A stretch of 64,000 nucleotides of DNA from the IMG/VR virus record IMGVR_UViG_3300042260_000394, one strand, 5' to 3'. Source of the stretch: an uncultured virus (IMG/VR IMGVR_UViG_3300042260_000394) (lineage: Duplodnaviria > Heunggongvirae > Uroviricota > Caudoviricetes). Below are positions 15,859 to 25,576 of the stretch, piece by piece (the first letter of the stretch is position 1; every line of letters begins with the position of its first letter). The translations under genes were made by a program, and so were the position numbers. The notes beneath the pieces are model-generated. The model saw only the letters and a list, made by a program, of their open reading frames with translations, had not been told where the DNA came from and did not search any database.

Positions 15859-17385
15859 TTAAATTTCACGACTCACAATAGCCCTTAGTGCATCCCTGTT
15901 AGAGTTACTAGCAACTGGTGCAGTTAAGGGCTTTTTTGCGACTGCGACACTGTTGTCTCCTTGGTCAGCCCAAGGTGCAGACAGCACATCCAATGGTCCA
16001 GCGGGCTTTCCTAATTCAAATCCTTCCCTAGCCTGCGGCTTTTCCCATTTAGTAGATGTAGGAGCACTTGTGTTAATTGGTGTTCCCATTGTGTTGCGCT
16101 TGAGCTTGTCATACACATCACCTGGCTTAGTAGTACCACTGCCTTGATCGCCATCCATGTCACTAATACGCAACGTATCGGGATTGAAACTTAGATCAAT
16201 CTTTTGTCCAACTGCACCAGAACTACGTGTCTTCATAAACTGCAACTGTACCATACAACGTTCACGCATTGTAGGAGTAGAGAAGATACCAAATACGTTA
16301 TCAGCAGTTTGAATCTTAGACAAACCACCAGCAATCATTGAGTGGTCAAACTCAACGCTTTCAACAGCACTACGGTTCAACTGACTAGCTGTTGCTAATA
16401 GCAACTGTTCAGACACAACCAAGTTACGCAATTCTTCTGCTACCAACTTGTCCTTAACGAACATGTCGCTAACGCTAATCTTTTGACTTGCTGGCATCAT
16501 CAAGTCTAAGTAGTCAACTAAGATAGCATCTACTTTGATCTTACGTTGTGTTTGGAATTCACGCACCCAAGATAAAATGTCGTTTGCAGTAATGCCGTTT
16601 GTTAGCTGTACAATTTGCAGTACGCCGGCTTTCTTGCCATTCATACGAACTTTAAGATCAACATCCTCAAGTCGCTTAAACACTTCTCGAGTAGGTGTAT
16701 CTGTTAGCATAGCATCCATACGCATAGCACACAAGCCCTCACTTAGTTCAAGAGAGAAGTAAACGGTATTCAATCCTGCCATTGACCAGTTTAGTGCTAA
16801 GTTTTGCAAGAACAAACTCTTACCTGCACCTGATGCTCCAGCAAAGATGTTTAGTTCTCCGCGGTTAAAGCCGCCATACAACTTATCGTCAAGTGCCTTC
16901 CAACCTGTTGTCAACTGTCCGTTATTATTCTTTAATGCGTTTAGTCGAGCAGATGGATCAGCAAAGTAGTCTGTACCAAATGTCTTTGGCAAGCCAACCT
17001 GCACTGCATCCTTGATTAGCTTTTCAACTGCGCCATACTGACTCTTATCCAACATATCAGCACTTTGAAGGATAGCCTTCTCTAATGCTTTATGTCTTGC
17101 AAAGCCTTCAAACTCTGCCAAGAACCAAGAGCTGTGTTCAACTGCTTGTGTTTCTAAATGAGAAAGTTCAGTGTTGGTTGTTGCCTTGACTTGTGTAACG
17201 TCTGGAATGTTTCCGTGTTCATTTACATAAGTCTTGATAAATTCTGCCGCACTTCGCAGTCTGCGGTCAAAGTGATCGGGATCTAACACGTTTTGGCAAC
17301 GTGCTGCCAGATCCCTGTTACTGACCAAGAAGTCCAAAAATAGTTTTTGTAACTCATAGCCGTATTCTTTTACATCATCTGCCAT
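15859..17385 (-). CDS. DnaB-like replicative helicase (gp41-like)
   Basis: Walker A GASGAGKS, SLELSE, ILVDYLDLM, ASQLNR, MKTRS. Confidence 0.93.
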   Translation of the reverse strand: MADDVKEYGYELQKLFLDFLVSNRDLAARCQNVLDPDHFDRRLRSAAEFIKTYVNEHGNIPDVTQVKATTNTELSHLETQAVEHSSWFLAEFEGFARHKALEKAILQSADMLDKSQYGAVEKLIKDAVQVGLPKTFGTDYFADPSARLNALKNNNGQLTTGWKALDDKLYGGFNRGELNIFAGASGAGKSLFLQNLALNWSMAGLNTVYFSLELSEGLCAMRMDAMLTDTPTREVFKRLEDVDLKVRMNGKKAGVLQIVQLTNGITANDILSWVREFQTQRKIKVDAILVDYLDLMMPASQKISVSDMFVKDKLVAEELRNLVVSEQLLLATASQLNRSAVESVEFDHSMIAGGLSKIQTADNVFGIFSTPTMRERCMVQLQFMKTRSSGAVGQKIDLSFNPDTLRISDMDGDQGSGTTKPGDVYDKLKRNTMGTPINTSAPTSTKWEKPQAREGFELGKPAGPLDVLSAPWADQGDNSVAVAKKPLTAPVASNSNRDALRAIVSREI

Positions 17386-17400
17386 TATTATCGTTTTCCT

Positions 17401-18369
17401 TTATGCACACCAGCGGCGTGCTATTAATTTAATCTTCAAGGGGCTGGTCTCAATCGCCGATATCACACTTTGTAGCGTAGCGACTCGCCCAAAGTGTTGT
17501 ACTGCTTCATTGGCATCCTTGATACCGTCTGGCCAGTCTGGGAACGATACACTCCAACCTAGCTCGGCCGCTTGCATTGCCAACTGTAAGCCAGCCCGAT
17601 CTCTATCTGGTAACACAACTGGCTCGTTATCAATGTCTTCAATGATCTTTGCTTGTTCAGGACTAATACTGTTAGTCATAATAGCAACACCATCTAAACT
17701 TAGCGCATCGTATTCGCCTTCGACTACTAGCGTATATTTTCTTGCTTGGCTTTGCTTGTCTAGGTTAAACACAAAGCTAGCTGGGCGGCTTGCAATAATC
17801 TTTGCAGTGCCTTTGGGTACTTCGCCAATCCAACGTGCATTGTAGCCTACTAACTTACCTTCATCAAAGAAAGGTAGGATGGCACGATTGTTCATGCCTT
17901 GTATGCTACTGGGACTAGACAACCAATCAGTTAGTTCAAGTACTTTTCTACTGTCTAAGTACTCGGCTGCTTCCAATGTTATGTCTTGTATTTCCCACGG
18001 GAATTCAATCTCGGGCCAGTCTGGCTTTTTAAAAGGTTCGTGTACTGTGTTCTCATCGTCGTCGACTACTTGATCCCACAGCTGGATCTTAAGGCGTTGG
18101 ATTTCACCTTCGTCAATGCCAATGGCCCGCATAAACTTAATCAGCTTAATGCCGAGCCGTTGGCCAGGTCTCCAACCTGTAGTGTAGCCGCAGTTAAAGC
18201 AATGGTAGCCCACACGGTCTTCTTCAAACTTAATGCCACCACGATGTTTGGTGTCTGGTCGTGCCTGTCCATTTTGGACACACACTGGGCAGTTCATAGT
18301 TAACCAGCCGTTGGTGTTGCGCTTTAACGCAGGTAGGTGGGCTTGTAATGTAGATTCAACTATGCTCAT
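17401..18369 (-). CDS. DNA primase (gp61-like)
   Basis: Zn finger CPVC...HCFNC, TOPRIM VVEGEYDA and PDRD, KDANE. Confidence 0.9.
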   Translation of the reverse strand: MSIVESTLQAHLPALKRNTNGWLTMNCPVCVQNGQARPDTKHRGGIKFEEDRVGYHCFNCGYTTGWRPGQRLGIKLIKFMRAIGIDEGEIQRLKIQLWDQVVDDDENTVHEPFKKPDWPEIEFPWEIQDITLEAAEYLDSRKVLELTDWLSSPSSIQGMNNRAILPFFDEGKLVGYNARWIGEVPKGTAKIIASRPASFVFNLDKQSQARKYTLVVEGEYDALSLDGVAIMTNSISPEQAKIIEDIDNEPVVLPDRDRAGLQLAMQAAELGWSVSFPDWPDGIKDANEAVQHFGRVATLQSVISAIETSPLKIKLIARRWCA

Positions 18370-18377
18370 ATAGAGCT

Positions 18378-18406
18378 AGTTTACACTCTTACCAGAACTT
18401 TGTCAA
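18378..18406 (-). promoter_or_regulatory. Sigma70-type promoter for primase-helicase
   Basis: TTGACA-17 nt-TAAACT. Confidence 0.65.
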
Positions 18407-19178
18407 GGGTGCCTGCGTTCGAAAGACTATCTTGCTTTACAATACGCAACCAACGAACACCAGCGTAGAAGTTGTAAGGATCGATGCCGGTGTAACCATT
18501 TAAGTCTAAATTATGAGTTTCATAGTCTTGTGGCTTTAGGTTGCCCCATAGTGTAGATCCAGTGACTGCTTCGTCTAGTGTGCCTTGAACGACAACGCGG
18601 CCTGTCCAGTTGCTGCCGTACAATGCCACTGTGAAAAGACTGGTATCTTTTCTGTAGAACTGTGGGCCGTTAAACGCACTAGATACTATCAATCCACCAA
18701 CGTCTGTCCAAGTTGTAACTTCTTGGGTAACACGGCTTGTTGGTACAACTGCATCCTTAACTTCAACATCAAACGCACCTTGTTGGGCACGATTCCAAGT
18801 TAGGGCGGTTTCTAAGCCATTGGCATCAACAAAGGTAGCACCCAAAGAATAAATGCCAACCGGTAGTGTCATTAGGTCACGTGCGAAAACGGTCAAACGA
18901 GCTTGCCCATTTTCTTCTACTGTTGCCATAGCACGGCGACGGAAAATAGTAGTGCCAGTGGTTCTGTCCCACATTGTAACAGTAAGCTCGCGGCGTAGTA
19001 AACTAACAGGGCGACGATCTGTACCTGTAATTGTAAGATCTAAGATGTTATCAACACCTTTAAACCATACAATACGTTGGTCGGTATAGCTTGGTGCGTG
19101 ACGAGTAGCACTTGGGCCAGTGCCGGCGCCAGAGTAGTTTAATGATGCTGTTGGAATACTTGAGTTTAATGTGGCCAT
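18381..19178 (-). CDS. Beta-rich hypothetical protein, probably virion structural
   Basis: TAAATA at 19184-19189; beta-strand-rich composition. Confidence 0.65.
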   Translation of the reverse strand: MATLNSSIPTASLNYSGAGTGPSATRHAPSYTDQRIVWFKGVDNILDLTITGTDRRPVSLLRRELTVTMWDRTTGTTIFRRRAMATVEENGQARLTVFARDLMTLPVGIYSLGATFVDANGLETALTWNRAQQGAFDVEVKDAVVPTSRVTQEVTTWTDVGGLIVSSAFNGPQFYRKDTSLFTVALYGSNWTGRVVVQGTLDEAVTGSTLWGNLKPQDYETHNLDLNGYTGIDPYNFYAGVRWLRIVKQDSLSNAGTLDKVLVRV

Positions 19179-19229
19179 GCTCTTATTTAGCGATTAGACT
19201 ACCAATTTCTAAAATGCTAAGTAAAGCTG

Positions 19230-19604
19230 ATGGACAACAAAGTTAAAGAATTTCTAGAGCGTTTCCCGTTTATGAGCTTGGTTCGTTACGGTGAAAACGA
19301 GTTAGTTGGTATTATACAAAACAGTGACAACGTGGTTGTTACAATGTACGTCTACAACCTACTAAAAGATGATGCTGATAAAGTTGCTTTCATCGAACAA
19401 GGGGAAGAATGGTGGTGGGGTTCTAACCGCTTGATCCCTATTAACATTGTTCTCAAAGAACAAATGCGCCAATTTACATACGCCCTAAAAACTTATAGCA
19501 CAAAGGATTTTGAAGTGCTATATGGCCACCAAACCAGTCTTGCTAACGTGATAACAAAACGCACCAAACGACGTCAAATCAGTTTGGTGCGTAAAATGCG
19601 TTAA
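19230..19604 (+). CDS. Hypothetical protein
   Basis: TAAGTA at 19218-19223; divergent from the upstream gene. Confidence 0.7.
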   Translation: MDNKVKEFLERFPFMSLVRYGENELVGIIQNSDNVVVTMYVYNLLKDDADKVAFIEQGEEWWWGSNRLIPINIVLKEQMRQFTYALKTYSTKDFEVLYGHQTSLANVITKRTKRRQISLVRKMR

Positions 19605-20458
19605 TCTAGATTAATGTAATCTGTAGCTAGATTACTATCAATCCAAAGTTTATCTGTGCCTTGATATTTTGCAATACTTCTATCAAGCAAGTCAACGTAT
19701 TGATTCACTTGTTGCGCTGTTGTGAGTTTATCTCGCCATATAAACAAAATTTTTCTAGCTGTTGGTCTCCAAGTACTTGCATGTTTTGTTCTTAGATTGT
19801 TCCATGCATAGGAATTTGTGTCCTCTAATTTTGGTAACGGCACATATCCATTGCTGTGTTGTTTAATAGGATCAGTAAGTAGACTTAGCGTTTCTGATAT
19901 ATTAGAGTCAAACAATTTTATACGCATTGCCAATGGCATATCTATCATGCTTGTATGATCCCTATGTGCTGGGACTCTATTTGCGCTCGACCACATGTTC
20001 CATCGAAAATTTTTTTGCCCAACCCAAGGCATCAGGTCGTGTATTTGCTCAAAAATTTCAGGAAACTCTGTATAGATAGATTCTACAATGTTTCGTGTCC
20101 AAACCGGTGACCACGAATTTACATTGCTGTCAATTGACAAGTAAGTAGATTTTGTTGCATTAAATGTACCCGAACTCAAATCTTCAACTTGCTTACCAGC
20201 ATGCTTTCCATTCTGGAAAAAGAAAACAACAAACTTTTGCAAATCGTGTATCTGTATCTTTGGGATATCGTATGGTACGAACAGATATTTGCCGTATGTT
20301 TTTTCGAGCTCAGTATAAAGAGTTTTAACTTCAGGAAGTTTACTTAACTCGTGATTTCGTAGTTCAGTTAAATTTTCTTTGGTTTCAACAATGACGCCAC
20401 CTTCTTTGCGCTCGACATTTTGTGCAGTGTATGTTGCTTGATTAATTTCAGTGCTCAT
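19601..20458 (-). CDS. Putative 2OG-Fe(II) oxygenase/cupin-fold protein
   Basis: VPAHRDH (HxD) plus distal WNNLRTKH and R-x-L; own TAAATA at 20464-20469. Confidence 0.5.
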   Translation of the reverse strand: MSTEINQATYTAQNVERKEGGVIVETKENLTELRNHELSKLPEVKTLYTELEKTYGKYLFVPYDIPKIQIHDLQKFVVFFFQNGKHAGKQVEDLSSGTFNATKSTYLSIDSNVNSWSPVWTRNIVESIYTEFPEIFEQIHDLMPWVGQKNFRWNMWSSANRVPAHRDHTSMIDMPLAMRIKLFDSNISETLSLLTDPIKQHSNGYVPLPKLEDTNSYAWNNLRTKHASTWRPTARKILFIWRDKLTTAQQVNQYVDLLDRSIAKYQGTDKLWIDSNLATDYINLD

Positions 20459-20476
20459 GCAAATATTTATGAGCAG

Positions 20477-21055
20477 TTATGACCCAAGTTGCTCGCAAAT
20501 TAAATTCATTTGAGCAACAATGGCAACTGCATAAGCAATTGCATGTGCCTTCTTAAAGTAGTACTCACCGTTCTCGGGCTTGGTCCAAACTTCCTTCAGA
20601 ATCATATTCCATGATTTCCCAATCAGATAACGTTTGGCCGGGCGTATCATGGCAAGGACGGCAGCTAATTGTTCCACGGAAGTAGGGCAAGTCTTCTTCA
20701 GAACATCCCCATGCCCGTTCAAATGAAATAACAGATTTACAAAGTCTTCTTGCTGTAGTAGATCCCATAATGGCTCCTGGTTGGCTAGTTGATCTAAATG
20801 CTCTTTGCTTTTAACGCCTTGGTACAAACTTACATTCAGTAAGTCTACTTTAAAAAATCCCAGTTCTTCTGCTTGTTGATAATCAAGGTCGCACCATCCT
20901 GTAAAAGGATTTGTAGGTACAGGGTGAAAATACACACCAGTTTTGTGCTTTTGTCTATTGCCGTTTGGCAACCGAATCATTGCCGGAACGTGGTCTAGTA
21001 GTTTTAGTACTTGTTCTCGATCTGCAAAGTCAATGTCTACGTCAGGTAAGTTCAT
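20477..21055 (-). CDS. Miniature DNA polymerase III alpha (DnaE)-like catalytic core
   Basis: PDVDIDF, HKTGV, GFFKVDLL, LAMIRP and YFKKAHAIAYA in only 192 aa. Confidence 0.85.
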   Translation of the reverse strand: MNLPDVDIDFADREQVLKLLDHVPAMIRLPNGNRQKHKTGVYFHPVPTNPFTGWCDLDYQQAEELGFFKVDLLNVSLYQGVKSKEHLDQLANQEPLWDLLQQEDFVNLLFHLNGHGDVLKKTCPTSVEQLAAVLAMIRPAKRYLIGKSWNMILKEVWTKPENGEYYFKKAHAIAYAVAIVAQMNLICEQLGS

Positions 21056-21261
21056 TATTTCTTTTTAAGATTTGTTTTAACAATGTTTAGTAGATCTTCT
21101 TGCTGTTGTTTAATAGCAAGTACTTCGTGTGTCATTTCTTCTAGTCTAGACAATACAATTTCAAGTCGCGCTTCTAGCTTTGCGTAGCGAGCGCCTGCGT
21201 CATCAGCGTGTTGATCCACAATGCCTGATTTTCGTTTTGTTTTATTTTGTTTATCCACCAT
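21055..21261 (-). CDS. Small coiled-coil hypothetical protein
   Basis: TAATG coupling with mini-DnaE; overlaps the upstream gene by about 90 nt. Confidence 0.5.
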   Translation of the reverse strand: MVDKQNKTKRKSGIVDQHADDAGARYAKLEARLEIVLSRLEEMTHEVLAIKQQQEDLLNIVKTNLKKK

Positions 21262-21866
21262 TTAGTATCCACATGCTTGGTAATTGTATCAATTTGTCCC
21301 GGTTCCATTTTATCCAACAACTGTTGTGCGGCTTCAGCTGAGTATATGATCCAAGGACTAATACGTCCCATTGTTATCATATTCATTGCTGTTGCTGGTG
21401 CAACTTTGTTAAAAAAATCTTGCCATCTATTGTTTGTACGCTCTCCCCAGTCGACCATTGCTAGGATAGTGCGTTCTAATGCACGTTCTGAAGTTTCCTT
21501 CTTGGCAGCTTCTTGTACATATAGTTGGTAAGTTCCTGGCTTTGTCCAATCACTTAATCGAACGCTCATTTTAAAAAGCCAGTTTGTAAACTTTTCGCTT
21601 TCTAAAGGACGCAACTCAATCAAGTAGTTAGCAAATTTTACAAATCCAATATAGTCTGCGCTCCTTATGAAATCGTCAATTGTCTTTTCTTTCTTTGTAT
21701 TGGGGCTTACATATTTCATAAAGTCCAACCATACGCTAAAAGCAATACGACTTTCAGGTTCATCCTTGTTCATCCATCTGCGTTTGCGTTCACACATGTG
21801 GCTACTTAAGGTGCGCTCACGTGTAAATGCCTTTCCGCAGAAGCGACATTGGTAATCCTGTACCAT
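21174..21866 (-). CDS. Hypothetical protein with N-terminal zinc finger
   Basis: CRFCGKAF-x(5)-LSSHMC; ends in a rare TAG stop. Confidence 0.75.
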   Translation of the reverse strand: MVQDYQCRFCGKAFTRERTLSSHMCERKRRWMNKDEPESRIAFSVWLDFMKYVSPNTKKEKTIDDFIRSADYIGFVKFANYLIELRPLESEKFTNWLFKMSVRLSDWTKPGTYQLYVQEAAKKETSERALERTILAMVDWGERTNNRWQDFFNKVAPATAMNMITMGRISPWIIYSAEAAQQLLDKMEPGQIDTITKHVDTKWWINKIKQNENQALWINTLMTQALATQS

Positions 21867-22357
21867 TATTTAAACAAATCCTTAAGATCTTTATTACCCA
21901 TGTTTTTGGCAACTGCTATATCCTCTAACACATCATTGCCGTTTAGAGTACGGAACAACTCAATCTCATCATCGTCCATTGAAGGGAACTGTTCGATCAA
22001 CCAAGCTGTCAGCTTGTCCTTCTTGGCACCTTTGGGTGGGATGAACTCGTGGCGCATCTTATGGCCAATGCCACATAGTGCAAGAGTACGCCAACGCATC
22101 TCATCGTGACTGCTGCCTACTGCAATGTAATCTAGATTGCTTAGATCATTGACTGTTGTCAGGTAATACTCTTGCAAGTCCTGTGTGCCTTGAACTTGAC
22201 TGCCCCAACGTTGTGCCATGTATGTACTAAGCGACTTCAACTCGTCTGGTTCCAGCTTGCTGTAATAGTCGCCGCGGCGCAGATCAACTGCTGCCATAAC
22301 TTGGTCAATGGGCAGTTGATATTTTGCTGTTGCAGGAGCTTTCTTTTTAGTAGCCAT
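21866..22357 (-). CDS. Possible clamp-loader small subunit (gp62-like)
   Basis: Size, helical pattern (YMAQRWGS...VN...RHEFIPPK) and replication-cluster context. Confidence 0.45.
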   Translation of the reverse strand: MATKKKAPATAKYQLPIDQVMAAVDLRRGDYYSKLEPDELKSLSTYMAQRWGSQVQGTQDLQEYYLTTVNDLSNLDYIAVGSSHDEMRWRTLALCGIGHKMRHEFIPPKGAKKDKLTAWLIEQFPSMDDDEIELFRTLNGNDVLEDIAVAKNMGNKDLKDLFK

Positions 22358-22366
22358 GCTAGTATT

Positions 22367-22873
22367 TTAAAACCAAATTTTGTTTAAGTCAAGCACTTCT
22401 GGAATTTTGTTTGTTTCTTTGACAAAGAACGCACACATGGGTTCGTTGCCTTTTTCAAGTGGCACTGCTAACAAGTGACCAAACTTTAACTTGGGCACAT
22501 ACCACTTTACTTCTTGGTAAATGTTAACTACTTCAACTCGTTGCCATTCTGGTTTGTATCCATTGATAGGATTAAACACAAACGTAGAGAAGCCACGATC
22601 GTTAATACTCATTACATTAACAACTTCTGGCTCGCCATGATCTGGTTCGCCAATAACCAATGACCAATCCAATGGTACTTTTACTTCTGTCTTACCAATA
22701 CGTAGTACTGCGGCTGGGCAAGAGAAACTTTCTAAGAATACCAATGGTACAAAAATATAATCTACTTCGTTTGGATTTGAATAATCCAATACTCCATAAC
22801 GCAAGTCTTCATCAATCTCTTCGGGTAGACGATCTAAGTCGTATGACCGATTGTCGACTGTTAAAATGTTCAT
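22367..22873 (-). CDS. Beta-rich hypothetical protein coupled to UvsW
   Basis: ATGA overlap with the uvsW stop gives start MNILTVDN at 22873. Confidence 0.75.
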   Translation of the reverse strand: MNILTVDNRSYDLDRLPEEIDEDLRYGVLDYSNPNEVDYIFVPLVFLESFSCPAAVLRIGKTEVKVPLDWSLVIGEPDHGEPEVVNVMSINDRGFSTFVFNPINGYKPEWQRVEVVNIYQEVKWYVPKLKFGHLLAVPLEKGNEPMCAFFVKETNKIPEVLDLNKIWF

Positions 22874-24327
22874 TTGTAAGTAACCTTTTCTGTTTGGTAT
22901 GGATAATTTGCTTCGGTGTAAAATTTCTTCCTCGTAGTGAGGTGACGCTTGGCAAACTTGGCTGTGGATGTTATGTCCCAAATTTGCACAAAGTCTTTGT
23001 CTTGTGCTTTTCTTATACCCCGGCCAATGCTCTGGATAACTCTAACAAACGACTTGCCAGGTTCCACGAGAACCAAGTTAAAGATCCTAGGAATATTAAT
23101 ACCAACAGCCGCGACACCATATGTCGCAACGATAATTTTGTTATCGCTTGTAGTGATTTCGTCATACTCATCTTTCCTGTCTTTTGATTTCATTGCACCC
23201 GATACAAATACACTGTCGGGTAATCTTTCTACCAGCATCTTGCCAGTAGCAATACGATCAACAAGAATAAGCGTGTTGCCGGCTAAACTGATCGTTTCAA
23301 GTGTTTTGGCCAGGTGATCTAATCGCTTTTCATTTGACGTTAGGTACGTCAATTCTTCTTGGTATGTTTTGTACTCTACCTTGTCATCAAACTGTAGTAC
23401 CTTAACGTGGCAGTTAGATAACACACCCATATCTTGCAGTTCGCTTGCAGGTAGTCTGTGCAGTACTTCGCCCAATGATGCAATAAGGCTAACATACTCA
23501 TGTTCTTCTTTGGGAACAGTTCCTGTCAATCCCCAACGAATTGGTATGTGTGCAAATGTGCTTGTTAGCAAGGTACGCAACACATCTGCTTTTGCCATGT
23601 GAACTTCGTCGACAATGACTGCAATCAAGTCGTCAGTGACAGCTTCAACTCCAATGGCACTTGTGCCTTCTTTGTTCTTTTTAATAAGACTGTTGATACT
23701 TTGCCATGTTGCAATGGTATGTGTGTGTCCAAGGTCTTTCTCATCACCAAAGTACACACCAACATCTAATCCCATGTTAACATAGTCAGCATGTGTTTGA
23801 CGTACCAGGTCCTTGTTGGGTACAATAACAAGTGTTCGACCAAACGGCTCGCATGTTAAACTCAGTGCCGCTGTCATTAGTGTCTTACCTGCACCTGTGG
23901 CAATCTCTTGTACGCCTTGCGGGTTGGCAAGATAACGATTGATACACGCTACTTGATAGTCACGAATCTTGATAGGCTGACCTTCTGCTGGGTGTCCTTT
24001 GGGCCAACAGATATGACTAAACGTATCTTCGGTAACTTCAGCAAACTTGATGTTCCAGTTGGGCCGTTTGTCATCGATCTCAATTTGCCAACCTTCCTCA
24101 TCAAGGATAGGTAGTACTCTATCTAGCAAGTTTAGATAAGTGGCACCTGCTGTTGTAAAGAAACCAATCTTGCCATCCCACCTACCTAAGCGGAAAGCTG
24201 GTACGTGATATGCATGCGGTAGCATGTATTTTAATTTGGTTTCGCATTTGCGACGAGTGCTTGGATCAAGATCATGGAACTTGATATTGACTTCGTCTTT
24301 AATTTCTAATCTGGTTATTCCGGGCAT
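22870..24327 (-). CDS. uvsW: SF2 DNA helicase UvsW-like
   Basis: IRDYQ, ATGAGKT, VDEVH, GLTGT, QSIGRGIR. Confidence 0.9.
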   Translation of the reverse strand: MPGITRLEIKDEVNIKFHDLDPSTRRKCETKLKYMLPHAYHVPAFRLGRWDGKIGFFTTAGATYLNLLDRVLPILDEEGWQIEIDDKRPNWNIKFAEVTEDTFSHICWPKGHPAEGQPIKIRDYQVACINRYLANPQGVQEIATGAGKTLMTAALSLTCEPFGRTLVIVPNKDLVRQTHADYVNMGLDVGVYFGDEKDLGHTHTIATWQSINSLIKKNKEGTSAIGVEAVTDDLIAVIVDEVHMAKADVLRTLLTSTFAHIPIRWGLTGTVPKEEHEYVSLIASLGEVLHRLPASELQDMGVLSNCHVKVLQFDDKVEYKTYQEELTYLTSNEKRLDHLAKTLETISLAGNTLILVDRIATGKMLVERLPDSVFVSGAMKSKDRKDEYDEITTSDNKIIVATYGVAAVGINIPRIFNLVLVEPGKSFVRVIQSIGRGIRKAQDKDFVQIWDITSTAKFAKRHLTTRKKFYTEANYPYQTEKVTYK

Positions 24328-24425
24328 TTATTATTATAGCACTTTAGTAGGTTTATGTCTATTCATTAGCAAGATACTTATAGTAAAAACCATGATTTTA
24401 GAAAGGCAATTTTGCCATAATGCAG

Positions 24426-24455
24426 AAAAAAGAACAGACTCCGAAGAGTCTGTTC
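24426..24455 (-). terminator. Rho-independent terminator after the RNA ligase gene
   Basis: GAACAGACTC-TTCG-GAGTCTGTTC + T run. Confidence 0.85.
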
Positions 24456-24498
24456 CATCGACATCCATCCACGCAAATAGTCAGCTGTCGATAAACTA

Positions 24499-25566
24499 TT
24501 AACCTCCGTGTTTCAGGAGATATCGGTTAGAGATGGCCTTAAACGAAACAGGCCGTTCATGACACTTAAACACCACGCCTTCGCGTTCGCAACCAATCAT
24601 GCCCATTACACTCTTGCCTTCGGCAAACTTTAACACTTGATCCATGTTAGTGAGGCCAAGTGTATCAGTTAGGTTGGCAGAGTATGCAAGTACTGGACAG
24701 TGATTCAGGCCATGTTCTGCAACAAATGCCTTACGTTCAGCTGGAGTGAAGTAACAGCCTGCATCAATGTCGTAAATGTCGTACACAAGGAAATCTTGAT
24801 CACGCATTTGGTAAATGTTGCCTTGAATGCCGTTGCCTACAATTTCACCTTGGATAGCAATGTTACGACCGATGCCAATCAACTTAGCAGGCAGGTTGTA
24901 CTTGTTTGCGGCACGCCATAGTGAGTTATCTGCGTTAGGCTTGAGGTCAAGGTTACGCGAACACACACCTACTTCACCATCACGCATGTACACTGTCATT
25001 GACGAGCCTTCTAGCTTTTCGGTAACTTCCCAATGTGAGCCATCGACCAGCCATTCTGCAAGTTCGACCTTTAAGTTTTGAACACGTTCTTGATCAGTCT
25101 TGGGAATAACTGATGGGAACATACCCTTAACTTCACCAGCCAACTCTGCAGGCACAGGTGCTTCGTACTTGACAATACCAAGCAGGTCAGACACATCATT
25201 ACCTGGGAAGAAGAATTCACCCAATTCCTGCCCTTCATCAAACTTGCTATCTTCAAATTTCTCTAAGGCCACAGATATTGGAATTAACAGGCCTTGGCTC
25301 AATTGACCACGCAACTTCATAGTTCGCAAACGTTCGCCTTCAACACCTTCAAAAGTCTTTGCATAGTGGCCGGGCTTGGTCAAGAACGGAGCAACGGCTG
25401 TGGGAATGAAGCTATCAATTTCGCAATACACTGCAAGATCACCTGCTGAGTATTCGCCCTTCTTGACTACCACTGTCCATCCACCTACAATGGCGCACTC
25501 AATTGCATCTGCACCTTCAATGGGTCGCAGTGCATCAATCTTTCTAATGGTTGCCATCTTTCTCAT
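24499..25566 (-). CDS. RNA ligase (Rnl2/DRB0094 family)
   Basis: N-terminal PIEGADAIE...YCEIDS, PKTDQERVQN, TEKLEGSS, QGEIVG, REGVVFK, FKAISN. Start at MRKMATIR after AAGGA. Confidence 0.9.
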   Translation of the reverse strand: MRKMATIRKIDALRPIEGADAIECAIVGGWTVVVKKGEYSAGDLAVYCEIDSFIPTAVAPFLTKPGHYAKTFEGVEGERLRTMKLRGQLSQGLLIPISVALEKFEDSKFDEGQELGEFFFPGNDVSDLLGIVKYEAPVPAELAGEVKGMFPSVIPKTDQERVQNLKVELAEWLVDGSHWEVTEKLEGSSMTVYMRDGEVGVCSRNLDLKPNADNSLWRAANKYNLPAKLIGIGRNIAIQGEIVGNGIQGNIYQMRDQDFLVYDIYDIDAGCYFTPAERKAFVAEHGLNHCPVLAYSANLTDTLGLTNMDQVLKFAEGKSVMGMIGCEREGVVFKCHERPVSFKAISNRYLLKHGG

Positions 25567-25576
25567 AATATATTCC

